NCBI RefSeq assembly: GCF_000007185.1
Contig: NC_003551.1
Location: forward strand, 390,001 to 422,000
DNA from: Methanopyrus kandleri AV19
GTDB taxonomy: Archaea; JAADCQ01; Methanopyri; Methanopyrales; Methanopyraceae
Length of the DNA stretch: 32,000 bases
Reading direction: 5' to 3'
The notes below the pieces were generated by a model. That model was not told the DNA's origin. It ran no database searches and saw nothing but the letters and a program-made list of their open reading frames with translations. The translations under genes were made by a program, and so were the position numbers. Each line of letters starts with the position of its first letter. The stretch's first letter is position 1. Shown piece by piece: positions 9,337-17,173 of the stretch.

Positions 9337-10784
9337 CAAGACTGTTTTTCAGGCGACGAAGCGTGGAATCCTTCGCGGAGAGAATCGAAGTCAAGGTAGG
9401 GGTGGAAGAGGAGCTTTTCCTCATCGACCGGGACGGATCACTGACTCGGGCTGCAGACGATGTAATCGTGAAGGCGGCGGAGCTGTTGGAGTCAGACTCG
9501 AATCTCCTAGAGGATTGCTGGCGAACCGTTCTGGGGTTGGATCCCGAACCCAATCCGGCCCAAATCGAATACCTGACCCAGCCTTTACCTCCCGATGAAG
9601 TGATCGAGGCCTGTGAGATAGGCAGGGAACTCATAAAGAAAGCCGCCGAGGAGTTGGGACTACAGGTTATGTTAGAAAGTATGCATCCTTTCGAGAGCGA
9701 CCCGCTACCTATTAACGGAACCCACATCAACGTGATGGTGAAACTTAAGGATCAACCGTACATGACTCCAAAGCAGATATTAGTAGTTTACAATTGGTTG
9801 TGGCATAACTTACCAATTATAATCGCAGCAACTGCGAACACACCATATTGCTGTGGCGGAAAAAATCTCGCAGCTAGTTGTCGCCTCCTCAAAAGCAGGG
9901 TACTCAAACCGAATTACTACGCAGCGATAAAGCGTCTGGAGAAGCGCCCATACTTGACGAAAACCCAGTATTATGGAAGGTTGAGGTACAGACTGAGACT
10001 TAGGAAGGATACTGAGTTCGAGGAGCGGGTCGTAGCGCACCCCGACGGTCGAAGGCTCGTGGACATAACCCCCAGAGGACCCGCATCGAACGTCACGGGA
10101 GACGAGAACGACAGCCCGACTAGGAACAGAGTTGAGGTGCGGGTAATCGATAATCAAAAGTCCATGAAATATTTACATGATGTGGTAATGCTTATAGTAG
10201 GATTATCTTTGGAAGCACTATATATATATGAAGTAGAGGGTAAATTACCGCCAAATGATCCTAATCATTTTGATAATAGAAGAGAAGCCATAGAGAAAGG
10301 TATTAACGCTACTTTCGTTATTAACGGTAGGGAAATTGATGCTGAAGACGCCTTACTAAAAATTATAAGTAGAGTAGATAAATTTTTAGAGCATTTGGGA
10401 TTACGTTTCGTATCTCCTCTTAAGAATGGAAAAGTAGAGTTACAAGAGAGGCCAAAACTAAATGTAGAGTATGTACATAAGGATGTCATAAAGTATATCG
10501 GAAATTACGCAGAGGTTATATTAGGGTCGAATAAAACTGTTGAAATTAAAGGGAAAAGGTACACAATTCCGAAAGGTACTAAAGTAATCGGTAAGTTAGT
10601 TCCGATGGCATCTTACAAGTACAGAGTTGATAACAAGGGTTTTGTTAAGGATATAATTAAGGGCGTTGTAACACTCGGAATAAAGCGAAACGGTGTAGAA
10701 ATTCCCTTAGACGAGAGTGACAGAATAGTAAACGTAATGTCAGAGCTGGAGTACTTAATGCGTTCGATGAGGGGATTGTTGTGA
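9333..10784 (+). CDS. GCS2/YbdK-like ATP-dependent carboxylate-amine ligase with about 100-aa Lys-rich C-terminal extension
   Basis: GTG start overlaps the endoQ stop. VGVEEELFLIDRDG and RVEVRVIDNQ match family motifs of glutamate-cysteine ligase family 2. The ORF stays open through about 640 nt of roughly 33% GC DNA, which supports coding. Confidence 0.65.
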   Translation: MTRLFFRRRSVESFAERIEVKVGVEEELFLIDRDGSLTRAADDVIVKAAELLESDSNLLEDCWRTVLGLDPEPNPAQIEYLTQPLPPDEVIEACEIGRELIKKAAEELGLQVMLESMHPFESDPLPINGTHINVMVKLKDQPYMTPKQILVVYNWLWHNLPIIIAATANTPYCCGGKNLAASCRLLKSRVLKPNYYAAIKRLEKRPYLTKTQYYGRLRYRLRLRKDTEFEERVVAHPDGRRLVDITPRGPASNVTGDENDSPTRNRVEVRVIDNQKSMKYLHDVVMLIVGLSLEALYIYEVEGKLPPNDPNHFDNRREAIEKGINATFVINGREIDAEDALLKIISRVDKFLEHLGLRFVSPLKNGKVELQERPKLNVEYVHKDVIKYIGNYAEVILGSNKTVEIKGKRYTIPKGTKVIGKLVPMASYKYRVDNKGFVKDIIKGVVTLGIKRNGVEIPLDESDRIVNVMSELEYLMRSMRGLL

Positions 10785-10785
10785 A

Positions 10786-11517
10786 ATGATCATAGACGTG
10801 CATAACCATCTAGGAGAGGATATCGACAGTACAGTTCAAACACCCCAGATGCTGTTGGCAAGGATGGAAGCGGCGGGCGTAGACATCGCGGTAGTGTTTC
10901 CGTTCAATGACGTCGATCCGGGAGTGTGTTTCTCGAAAGCCAATGATCGAATCGCGAAGGCGTGCGAAGAGTACGATGAGTTCGTGGGATTCTGTCGGGT
11001 AGATCCGAACTACGAGGAACGCGCCGTAGAAGAAGTGGAAAGATGCATAGAGGAGCTGGGGCTTAAAGGCGTAAAACTCCATCCCCGGAGCCAGTCGTTT
11101 TACCCCGACGATCCCGAGGCCGTGAAGGTCGTTGAAAAAGCCGCAGACCTGGGAGTACCCGTGATACTCCACACTGCACGCGGTGAACCGTTCTCCGATC
11201 CCGTCCGCGTCGGTAAGTTAGCGGAGGAAGTTCCTGACGTTCAGCTGATCATGGCGCATATGGGTAAGGAGCTAGGATATGATGCGGCGATTGAAGTAGC
11301 GGAAAACTACGAGAATGTTTACCTCGAAGTATCGTTGGTAAAAGACCCCAAAGTAATTGAGAAGACGGCCGAACGTGTGGGTGATGATCGGATAATTTTC
11401 GGGTCTGATTCACCTTATGGTAGCCCATCAGTACAACTTGAAATCGTAAAAGAAGCGGATGTTAATCACGATAAAATCTTGGAGGAAAATGCTGCAAATA
11501 TATTGGGGTTGCGGTGA
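10786..11517 (+). CDS. TIM-barrel metal-dependent hydrolase (Amidohydrolase_2 / COG2159 type)
   Basis: N-terminal MIIDVHNHLG (HxH), VKLHP, VILHT, AHMG and the C-terminal FGSDSPYG metal-ligand pattern are present. The gap from the upstream gene is 1 nt. Confidence 0.75.
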   Translation: MIIDVHNHLGEDIDSTVQTPQMLLARMEAAGVDIAVVFPFNDVDPGVCFSKANDRIAKACEEYDEFVGFCRVDPNYEERAVEEVERCIEELGLKGVKLHPRSQSFYPDDPEAVKVVEKAADLGVPVILHTARGEPFSDPVRVGKLAEEVPDVQLIMAHMGKELGYDAAIEVAENYENVYLEVSLVKDPKVIEKTAERVGDDRIIFGSDSPYGSPSVQLEIVKEADVNHDKILEENAANILGLR

Positions 11518-11520
11518 AGA

Positions 11521-12249
11521 TTGCTTCGTACAAAGGTTATAGAGTTAGTTTTACATGATGGACCAATAACTGTCGATGAAATTTCAAAGAAGTTAAAAAT
11601 TGATTCAGAGTCGGTATTAAAGATAGTTCGAACTACTCCTGATTTGAAACTAGAAGATGGGAAGGTCAGCGCCCAGATGGGTATTAACGGATATATAGAA
11701 CTCACCGGGACGCGGCCAGTGCTGATAACAGCACCTCACGCTCAAGGTCCAGGTGCGGATGTATTTACGGGTGAGATCGCGTGGAAGGTGGCCCAAGCTA
11801 CCGGAGCGTACGCTTTAGTGGCCACCGTCAGCAGGCGAGCCAAGCTGGAAGACGGGAACCCGGCGGATTACAACCGCGAGTGGGCCCGGAACACTCCATT
11901 TCGGCGTCGCATCGACGAGCTAATCAAAAGGTACGGCGTTCGGTTCATAATCGACGTGCACGGGATGGAGTCCGATCCAGTGCGACCGGACGTAGACTTG
12001 GGGACCTTAGGTGGCCGATCCGCGAAAGGGAAGCTCGTATCCAAGATTGTGAAGCGGTTGGAAGAGGCCGGTTTCGACGTAGGATTCGAACAGGAATTCC
12101 AAGGTGGGGACATACTCGAGTACCATTGCGACGGAGAGCGTGTTCAAGGCGTTCAACTGGAGCTCTCCGAGGAGCTAAGGGAGTTAGGAGAATATAGAGC
12201 CATACAGGCTGTACTCGTGGTCGTTAATACAGTACTGGAGGAGGTGTAA
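11521..12249 (+). CDS. winged-helix DNA-binding domain fused to an N-formylglutamate amidohydrolase / poly-gamma-glutamate hydrolase-like zinc hydrolase domain
   Basis: The N-terminal roughly 55 aa (VIELVLHDGPITVDEISKKLKIDSESVLKIV) look like an ArsR/MarR-type wHTH. The rest carries VLITAPHAQGPGADVFTGEIA and FIIDVHGM, resembling FGase/PghP-fold metal sites. Assignment is tentative. Confidence 0.5.
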   Translation: MLRTKVIELVLHDGPITVDEISKKLKIDSESVLKIVRTTPDLKLEDGKVSAQMGINGYIELTGTRPVLITAPHAQGPGADVFTGEIAWKVAQATGAYALVATVSRRAKLEDGNPADYNREWARNTPFRRRIDELIKRYGVRFIIDVHGMESDPVRPDVDLGTLGGRSAKGKLVSKIVKRLEEAGFDVGFEQEFQGGDILEYHCDGERVQGVQLELSEELRELGEYRAIQAVLVVVNTVLEEV

Positions 12250-12253
12250 TACC

Positions 12254-12685
12254 ATGGTAGCGGTGGTGTTGGTCGGGCACGGGAGCCGGCTTCCCTACAG
12301 TCGGCAAGTCGTCGAAAAAATCGCTGAATACGTCGAAGAGATGGGCGACTTCGAGACCGTCGAAGTAGGTTTCATGGAGCTATGTGAGCCTACCGTTCAG
12401 GAAGCCGTAAAGAAGGCGGCAGAGTCCGGTGTCGACAAGATAGTCGTCGTACCGGTGTTCCTGGCCCACGGTGTGCATACGAAGAGAGATATCCCGAAGA
12501 TGCTAGGGCTGGAACCGGAGTGGGACGATGACGAAGACGACCACGACCATCATCACCACCATCACCGCGACTACACGCCCGTAGACGTAGACGCGGAAAT
12601 AGTGTACGCGGAGCCGCTCGGGGCTGATCCCAGAATCGCCGAGATAGTCATCGATAGGATCAAAGAGGCGCTAGGCGAGGAATAA
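12254..12685 (+). CDS. cfbA: small class II chelatase CbiX(S)/CfbA (sirohydrochlorin cobalto-/nickel-chelatase)
   Basis: 143 aa. VVLVGHGSR and VVPVFLAHGVHTKRDIP are present. The protein carries an Asp/His-rich insertion. Confidence 0.85.
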   Translation: MVAVVLVGHGSRLPYSRQVVEKIAEYVEEMGDFETVEVGFMELCEPTVQEAVKKAAESGVDKIVVVPVFLAHGVHTKRDIPKMLGLEPEWDDDEDDHDHHHHHHRDYTPVDVDAEIVYAEPLGADPRIAEIVIDRIKEALGEE

Positions 12686-12698
12686 CCGGGGCCTCCGC

Positions 12699-13346
12699 TT
12701 GATCATCGCCACTCTTACAGGCAGAACCATCGAGGATATGGTGGAACTGGCTATAGAAGCCGTAGAGCAGGGTGCGGACGCTCTGGAGGTCAGGCTCGAT
12801 TACTTGGAGAACTTAGACATGTCGACGGCGCTCAGAGCCGTGCGAGAGTGTACTAGGTACGAACGCGTAGTGGCGACGCTCCGACGCGAAGAGGAGGGAG
12901 GACTGTACAAAGGCGATGAAGATCGGAGGCTCGAAATCCTGGAGCGGGTGTCCTCCGAGGCCGACTACGTGGACTTGGAGCTCGACGTAGCGGAGGAAGA
13001 GATCATAAGCCCGTCCTGTGAGACGATCGTGTCGTACCACAACTTCGAAAATACGCCGCCTAAGGAGGAGCTGATCGGCATCAGGGACCGGTGCGCCGAA
13101 TTAGGAGACGTTGCGAAGGTCGTCACTATGGCCAGGGGACACGAAGACGCACTGCGGATCCTGGAAGTAGTACGAACGGCAGAAGCACCCACTATAGGAT
13201 TCGCGATGGGAGAGGAGGCCAAGTACACCAGGGTAGTGAGTGTTCTGATCGGCGGGTTCGCGACTTACGCCGCTGTGAGGAAGAAAGCGGCACCAGGGCA
13301 GCTGACGGTCGAGGAGACACGCAAGTTGCTGGAACTACTCGGTTAG
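12699..13346 (+). CDS. aroD: 3-dehydroquinate dehydratase, type I
   Basis: TTG start. ADALEVRLDYL, SYHNFENTP and AKVVTMA are type I DHQase motifs. Confidence 0.9.
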   Translation: MIIATLTGRTIEDMVELAIEAVEQGADALEVRLDYLENLDMSTALRAVRECTRYERVVATLRREEEGGLYKGDEDRRLEILERVSSEADYVDLELDVAEEEIISPSCETIVSYHNFENTPPKEELIGIRDRCAELGDVAKVVTMARGHEDALRILEVVRTAEAPTIGFAMGEEAKYTRVVSVLIGGFATYAAVRKKAAPGQLTVEETRKLLELLG

Positions 13347-14072
13347 CCGCTCGAGGATCTCCTCCGCCGCTTTCTTCCCTGACTCGAGCATCCCGCCGAA
13401 GATGGGCCCCATCCTGTACGCGCCTTTCACCGCCGACGCTGCCATGCCGGCGACGAACAGTCCGGGCTTCACCTCCTGGGTATGCTTCACTACGAGTTCT
13501 TCCCCGCGCTCAGCCCACATGGGCCCCTCGCCCTTCACTTCGATGCCCGCTAGCTTGCAGACTGCAGCCTCGTGTCCGGTCGCGTCTACAGTATACTCGG
13601 CTTCGAGAGCTAGCGGGTCGACGTGCATGTTGGCAGCTTTCACCGCCGTCCAGTTCACCACTACCCCACACACCCTTCCGCGGCGCTCGATGACGTCCTC
13701 AACCTCTATACCTACTAGGATCCTAGCTCCGGCCTCAAGGGCCGCGTTCGCTAGCTTAATGGCGGCTTCGACGGGGTTGAACGCTAGGAGACCTGCCTCA
13801 GCGGGACGGAGTTCGACTCCGACTTCTTCCAGCACCTCAGCGGTTTCTTCCATGATAACGCCCGCTGGGAACAGCATTCCTCCGCCGGTCATGCCGCCTC
13901 CCACGTACAGTTTCCGCTCCACTATTGTAACGTCGACGTCGCTCTTCGCGAGCTCGTAGGCGCAGGTCAGTCCGGCCGGCCCTGCTCCTACTACGATGAC
14001 GTCACTCTCGGAGCAATCGTTAATGAATTCATAACCTTCCCTAAGAACAATAGGGGTGATTTCCCTCTCCAC
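13335..14072 (-). CDS. thi4: thiazole synthase Thi4 (archaeal type)
   Basis: DVIVVGAGPAGLTCAYELAK and ERKLYVGGGMTGGGMLF are present. The protein is Thi4-like over its full length. The 3' end overlaps aroD by 12 nt (convergent). Confidence 0.9.
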   Translation of the reverse strand: MEREITPIVLREGYEFINDCSESDVIVVGAGPAGLTCAYELAKSDVDVTIVERKLYVGGGMTGGGMLFPAGVIMEETAEVLEEVGVELRPAEAGLLAFNPVEAAIKLANAALEAGARILVGIEVEDVIERRGRVCGVVVNWTAVKAANMHVDPLALEAEYTVDATGHEAAVCKLAGIEVKGEGPMWAERGEELVVKHTQEVKPGLFVAGMAASAVKGAYRMGPIFGGMLESGKKAAEEILERLTE

Positions 14073-14094
14073 GCGTATGGACCCCTGAGAGGGT

Positions 14095-14466
14095 TTACTC
14101 GGAGGAGAGCTCCCGTAATCGGCTTTCCAACCGTTCGATTTTGCGACGGATGTCGTTACGGAACTCGTTAAACCTCTGTTCTAGTTCATTCAGCTTACGG
14201 TCGAGAGCGTCGACACGCTTCTCGACCTTTTCGACGTCTTCGGTCGTGGCCAAGCCCCAGCTGTCGATAAGCTCCTCCACGCGACACTCGATCAGCTCGT
14301 CGACCTTTTTGGTTATGACGTCTGACCTAGTAGTCAAGGAAATCTTGTCGCGAAGCATCGAGAGACCCTCCCCTTCAGGAACCTCCCGACTGCGAACTAT
14401 GAGCGCGATCGCAACGATAATAGCTAGCGTGAGTACGCCAACTGCTACGAACTCGGCTATCGTCAT
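14095..14466 (-). CDS. N-terminally membrane-anchored coiled-coil protein
   Basis: One TM helix (FVAVGVLTLAIIVAIALIV) is followed by RSR and a heptad-rich helical region (EKVEKRVDALDRKLNELEQRFNEF...). The start overlaps the upstream stop (ATGA). Confidence 0.6.
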   Translation of the reverse strand: MTIAEFVAVGVLTLAIIVAIALIVRSREVPEGEGLSMLRDKISLTTRSDVITKKVDELIECRVEELIDSWGLATTEDVEKVEKRVDALDRKLNELEQRFNEFRNDIRRKIERLESRLRELSSE

Positions 14467-14861
14467 TCATTCTCACCGCCTCTAACATCTCCCTCCACGC
14501 GCTCTAGGTCCTTCAAGATCTTCTCGAGACGCTTTAATTCGGTTTCGAGTTCGACCACGGTCAACCGAGTCTCAACGTCCATATATTTTTCCGCCAAGCG
14601 TGTGAGCAGCGAGCGGATTTCACCCACTCGCTTCATCAGACGCGTGTCTTCCGGGAGGTAAAACAACAGATCCAAGAGCTTTCGACGCTCGAGGTCCGCC
14701 CTGACGAGCTCGACCTTCTCACGTTCGACCTTCAGTTCGAGTTCCCTGATACGTAGCTTCTTCGAGTAAGTTTTGAGGGCTATGAGAACTATTATCACGG
14801 CCGCGGTCGAGCCGATGAGTACGGAGACGACCATAGGTTGCAGCAGGACCTCCGCGAGCAA
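14463..14861 (-). CDS. N-terminally membrane-anchored coiled-coil protein
   Basis: A TM helix (VVSVLIGSTAAVIIVLIAL) is followed by KTYSKKLRIRELELKVEREKVEL and further coiled coil. An alternative ATG start lies at 14834. Confidence 0.6.
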   Translation of the reverse strand: MLAEVLLQPMVVSVLIGSTAAVIIVLIALKTYSKKLRIRELELKVEREKVELVRADLERRKLLDLLFYLPEDTRLMKRVGEIRSLLTRLAEKYMDVETRLTVVELETELKRLEKILKDLERVEGDVRGGENE

Positions 14862-14864
14862 CCT

Positions 14865-15650
14865 TTATCCCCGCAGGGCACGCCGGAGCTCCTTGATAAC
14901 GTTTTCCGCAGCGTCCAAGTCTCCGGTGACGTCGGTCGTCAGAGGTGTGATTACTATGGAGCCCCGCTGGAGTTCGTACAGGTCGGTTCCCTCGGGCGGA
15001 TCTTGGATAATCTCGCCGTCGATCCAGTAGTATCGACGCCCACGCGGATCGTATCGTTTTTCTATTCTGGGCCGGTACATCGTGAAAGCTAATGGAACCA
15101 CTTTAATTTCGCCGTTCCAGCGATCCGGATCCGGCACGTTGACGTTCAAGACACCTTCCCAATTCGCCCCTCGAATCGCTTCGAGCAGGGCCTTCAAGAC
15201 TCTGATGGCCAAGGTGAAGTCGACGTTCTTGGCGTTGTTGTCCACGCGTGCTCTGGCGTCACGGACCTCTTGCGAGATCGCTATGGCCGGAATGCCGTTC
15301 CCGTAAGCTTCCAGCGCTGCGCCGACGGTCCCCGAGGTCGTGACGTCAGCGCTGACGTTCTCTCCGAGGTTGATCCCCGAGACCACCAAATCGGGTGGCT
15401 CATCCATGATAGAGAACGCTCCGATGAGGACGGCGTCCGCCGGCGTACCGGAGATCGCGAGCGCGTCGACGCCTTCTACCTCTATCTCTTCCACCCGCAC
15501 TGGCTCGAGTAAAGAGATACTGCGCCCTACACCACTTTGCTGCGTCGCGGGAGCTACTACGGTAACTTCACCGACACTCCTGCAGGCGCGGACGGCCGCT
15601 CGGAGACCGGGAGAGGCTATGCCGTCGTCGTTGGTGATCAGTATTCTCAC
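14865..15650 (-). CDS. surE: 5'/3'-nucleotidase SurE
   Basis: (M)RILITNDDGIASPGL is the canonical SurE N-terminus. The GTG at 15650 is preceded by GGGGTGAT (SD-like, 5 nt spacing). The ORF track extends to 15671. Confidence 0.9.
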   Translation of the reverse strand: MRILITNDDGIASPGLRAAVRACRSVGEVTVVAPATQQSGVGRSISLLEPVRVEEIEVEGVDALAISGTPADAVLIGAFSIMDEPPDLVVSGINLGENVSADVTTSGTVGAALEAYGNGIPAIAISQEVRDARARVDNNAKNVDFTLAIRVLKALLEAIRGANWEGVLNVNVPDPDRWNGEIKVVPLAFTMYRPRIEKRYDPRGRRYYWIDGEIIQDPPEGTDLYELQRGSIVITPLTTDVTGDLDAAENVIKELRRALRG

Positions 15651-16407
15651 GCCAATCACCCCGCAGTTCACCCTTGTACACGATCTCAGCCCTCCCTATC
15701 AGCAGCGGTCCGTCGGAAAGCGACACGCGCAGGCAGCCTCCGGCCGTCCGGACACTCACTTCCTCGAACGGTCCGAAGATCTCTGAGTACACCAGAGAAG
15801 CCGCGACGACTCCGGACCCGCAAGCCGGCGTCCAGCCGACGCCACGCTCGAACGTCCTGACTCTCAGCTCGTCCACCGAAGGTGCTGCGTAGGTTACGTT
15901 AACGCCTCCCTTCGGTTCATATTCGGAAAAAATAGTCTTGGCCTCGTCGGTCAGGCCTCCGAAATCATGAATCGGGTCCCGCTCAGTGAGCCGGACGAAA
16001 TGGGGGACACCAGCGTCCACCTCGTAACCTAACTCGACCACCTTCTTGATCTCGGCTTCGGGCACCTCGACGGCGATCCAACCTCCCTGCACCTCAACCC
16101 GATGGGCTCCGGATAACGTTCTCAAGATCTTAACGTTCTCTCCCCGTACCTCCGTCACGTACTTCACGACACACCGCGCGGCGTTCCCACAGAACTCGGC
16201 CTCGGAGCCGTCCCGGTTGAATATCCTCATCTCTACGCTCGGAGGATCGGAACGTATGAACACCACGCCGTCGGCACCTACGCCGGACCGCCGGTCACAC
16301 GCCCACCTCGCGAAGTCGGGCTTATCACTCTCGGGAACCACTTCTTCCTCTGTTTCATCGACTAAGACGAAGTCGTTCCGAGCGCCATGGACTTTCCAGA
16401 ATTGCAT
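15568..16407 (-). CDS. dapF: diaminopimelate epimerase
   Basis: MQFWKVHGARNDFVLVDE, FCGNAARC and WTPACGSG (the two catalytic Cys regions) are present. I chose the ATG at 16407. The C-terminal 31 aa overlap surE. Confidence 0.9.
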   Translation of the reverse strand: MQFWKVHGARNDFVLVDETEEEVVPESDKPDFARWACDRRSGVGADGVVFIRSDPPSVEMRIFNRDGSEAEFCGNAARCVVKYVTEVRGENVKILRTLSGAHRVEVQGGWIAVEVPEAEIKKVVELGYEVDAGVPHFVRLTERDPIHDFGGLTDEAKTIFSEYEPKGGVNVTYAAPSVDELRVRTFERGVGWTPACGSGVVAASLVYSEIFGPFEEVSVRTAGGCLRVSLSDGPLLIGRAEIVYKGELRGDWRENTDHQRRRHSLSRSPSGRPRLQECR

Positions 16408-16435
16408 GGTACTTCCCCCAGGTAGTGGCAGGGTT

Positions 16436-17173
16436 TCAGAGGCAGCGGAGCGCATCGACTATCTGGGTCTTAGCCTCGGTCTTCTTGTCCACGTCTTTGA
16501 CAACTCGCGCGGGTACGCCGGCCACCACTTTACTCGGCGGCACATCCTCGGTGACGACGGCGCCGGCCGCGACCACGGCTCCCTTTCCTACCCTCACCCC
16601 CTCGAGAATGACGGCGTTCGCCCCGATGACGACGTCGTCTTCGATCACGACGGGTTTAGCGCTAGGGGGCTCGAGAACACCGGCGATGACCGCGCCGGCG
16701 CCGATGTGTACGTTCTTCCCGACCTCCGCCCGGGAACCCACGACCGCGTTCATGTCGACCATGGTACCGTCGCCTATCTTGGCACCGATGTTGATCACGG
16801 CACCCATCATCACCACGACTCCTTTACCCAACTTCACCTTCTCCCGGATTATCGCACCCGGCTCGATCCTGACGTCCTCGAACTCGGAGTAATCCGCCAA
16901 CGGCACGGCCCTGTTGCGGTGATCCAGCTCTTTGTGATAGTACTCCACCGAGTCCTCGCTCTCGAGCACTTCGACAACATCGTCGTGCTCGCCGATCACG
17001 ATGACGTGGTCGACACCCGTGAACACCTTGGCATCCTCCAGGCGCTCCTCCAAGCGCTCGGCCAGTCCTTCGGGATCGTCCGTTTTGACGTAGAATTTGG
17101 CGATCGTACGCTTGGGACTCTCGGAAATGTATCGAATTAGCTCTTCTGGATCCAGCTCCGACAACGGTCTCAC
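16436..17173 (-). CDS. dapH: 2,3,4,5-tetrahydropyridine-2,6-dicarboxylate N-acyltransferase (DapH-type)
   Basis: Left-handed beta-helix hexapeptide repeats are present. IEPGAIIREKV...GTMVDMNAVVGSRAEVGKNVHIGAGAVIAGVLEPPSAKPVVIEDDVVIGANAV is near-collinear with Bacillus-type DapH as I recall it. Confidence 0.85.
   Translation of the reverse strand: MRPLSELDPEELIRYISESPKRTIAKFYVKTDDPEGLAERLEERLEDAKVFTGVDHVIVIGEHDDVVEVLESEDSVEYYHKELDHRNRAVPLADYSEFEDVRIEPGAIIREKVKLGKGVVVMMGAVINIGAKIGDGTMVDMNAVVGSRAEVGKNVHIGAGAVIAGVLEPPSAKPVVIEDDVVIGANAVILEGVRVGKGAVVAAGAVVTEDVPPSKVVAGVPARVVKDVDKKTEAKTQIVDALRCL

Noticed and set aside
12541-12560. Isolated C-box-like TGATGA motifs. One is on the - strand of the His-codon run. 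Others lie at about 6169, 18293, 21328, 23489 (-), 23685 (-) and 28456.
   Set aside because: All lie inside well-supported coding regions. None has a second C' box, or D'/D CTGA boxes, at the roughly 12-13 nt spacing required for a C/D sRNA. The 19875-19938 locus does have these.
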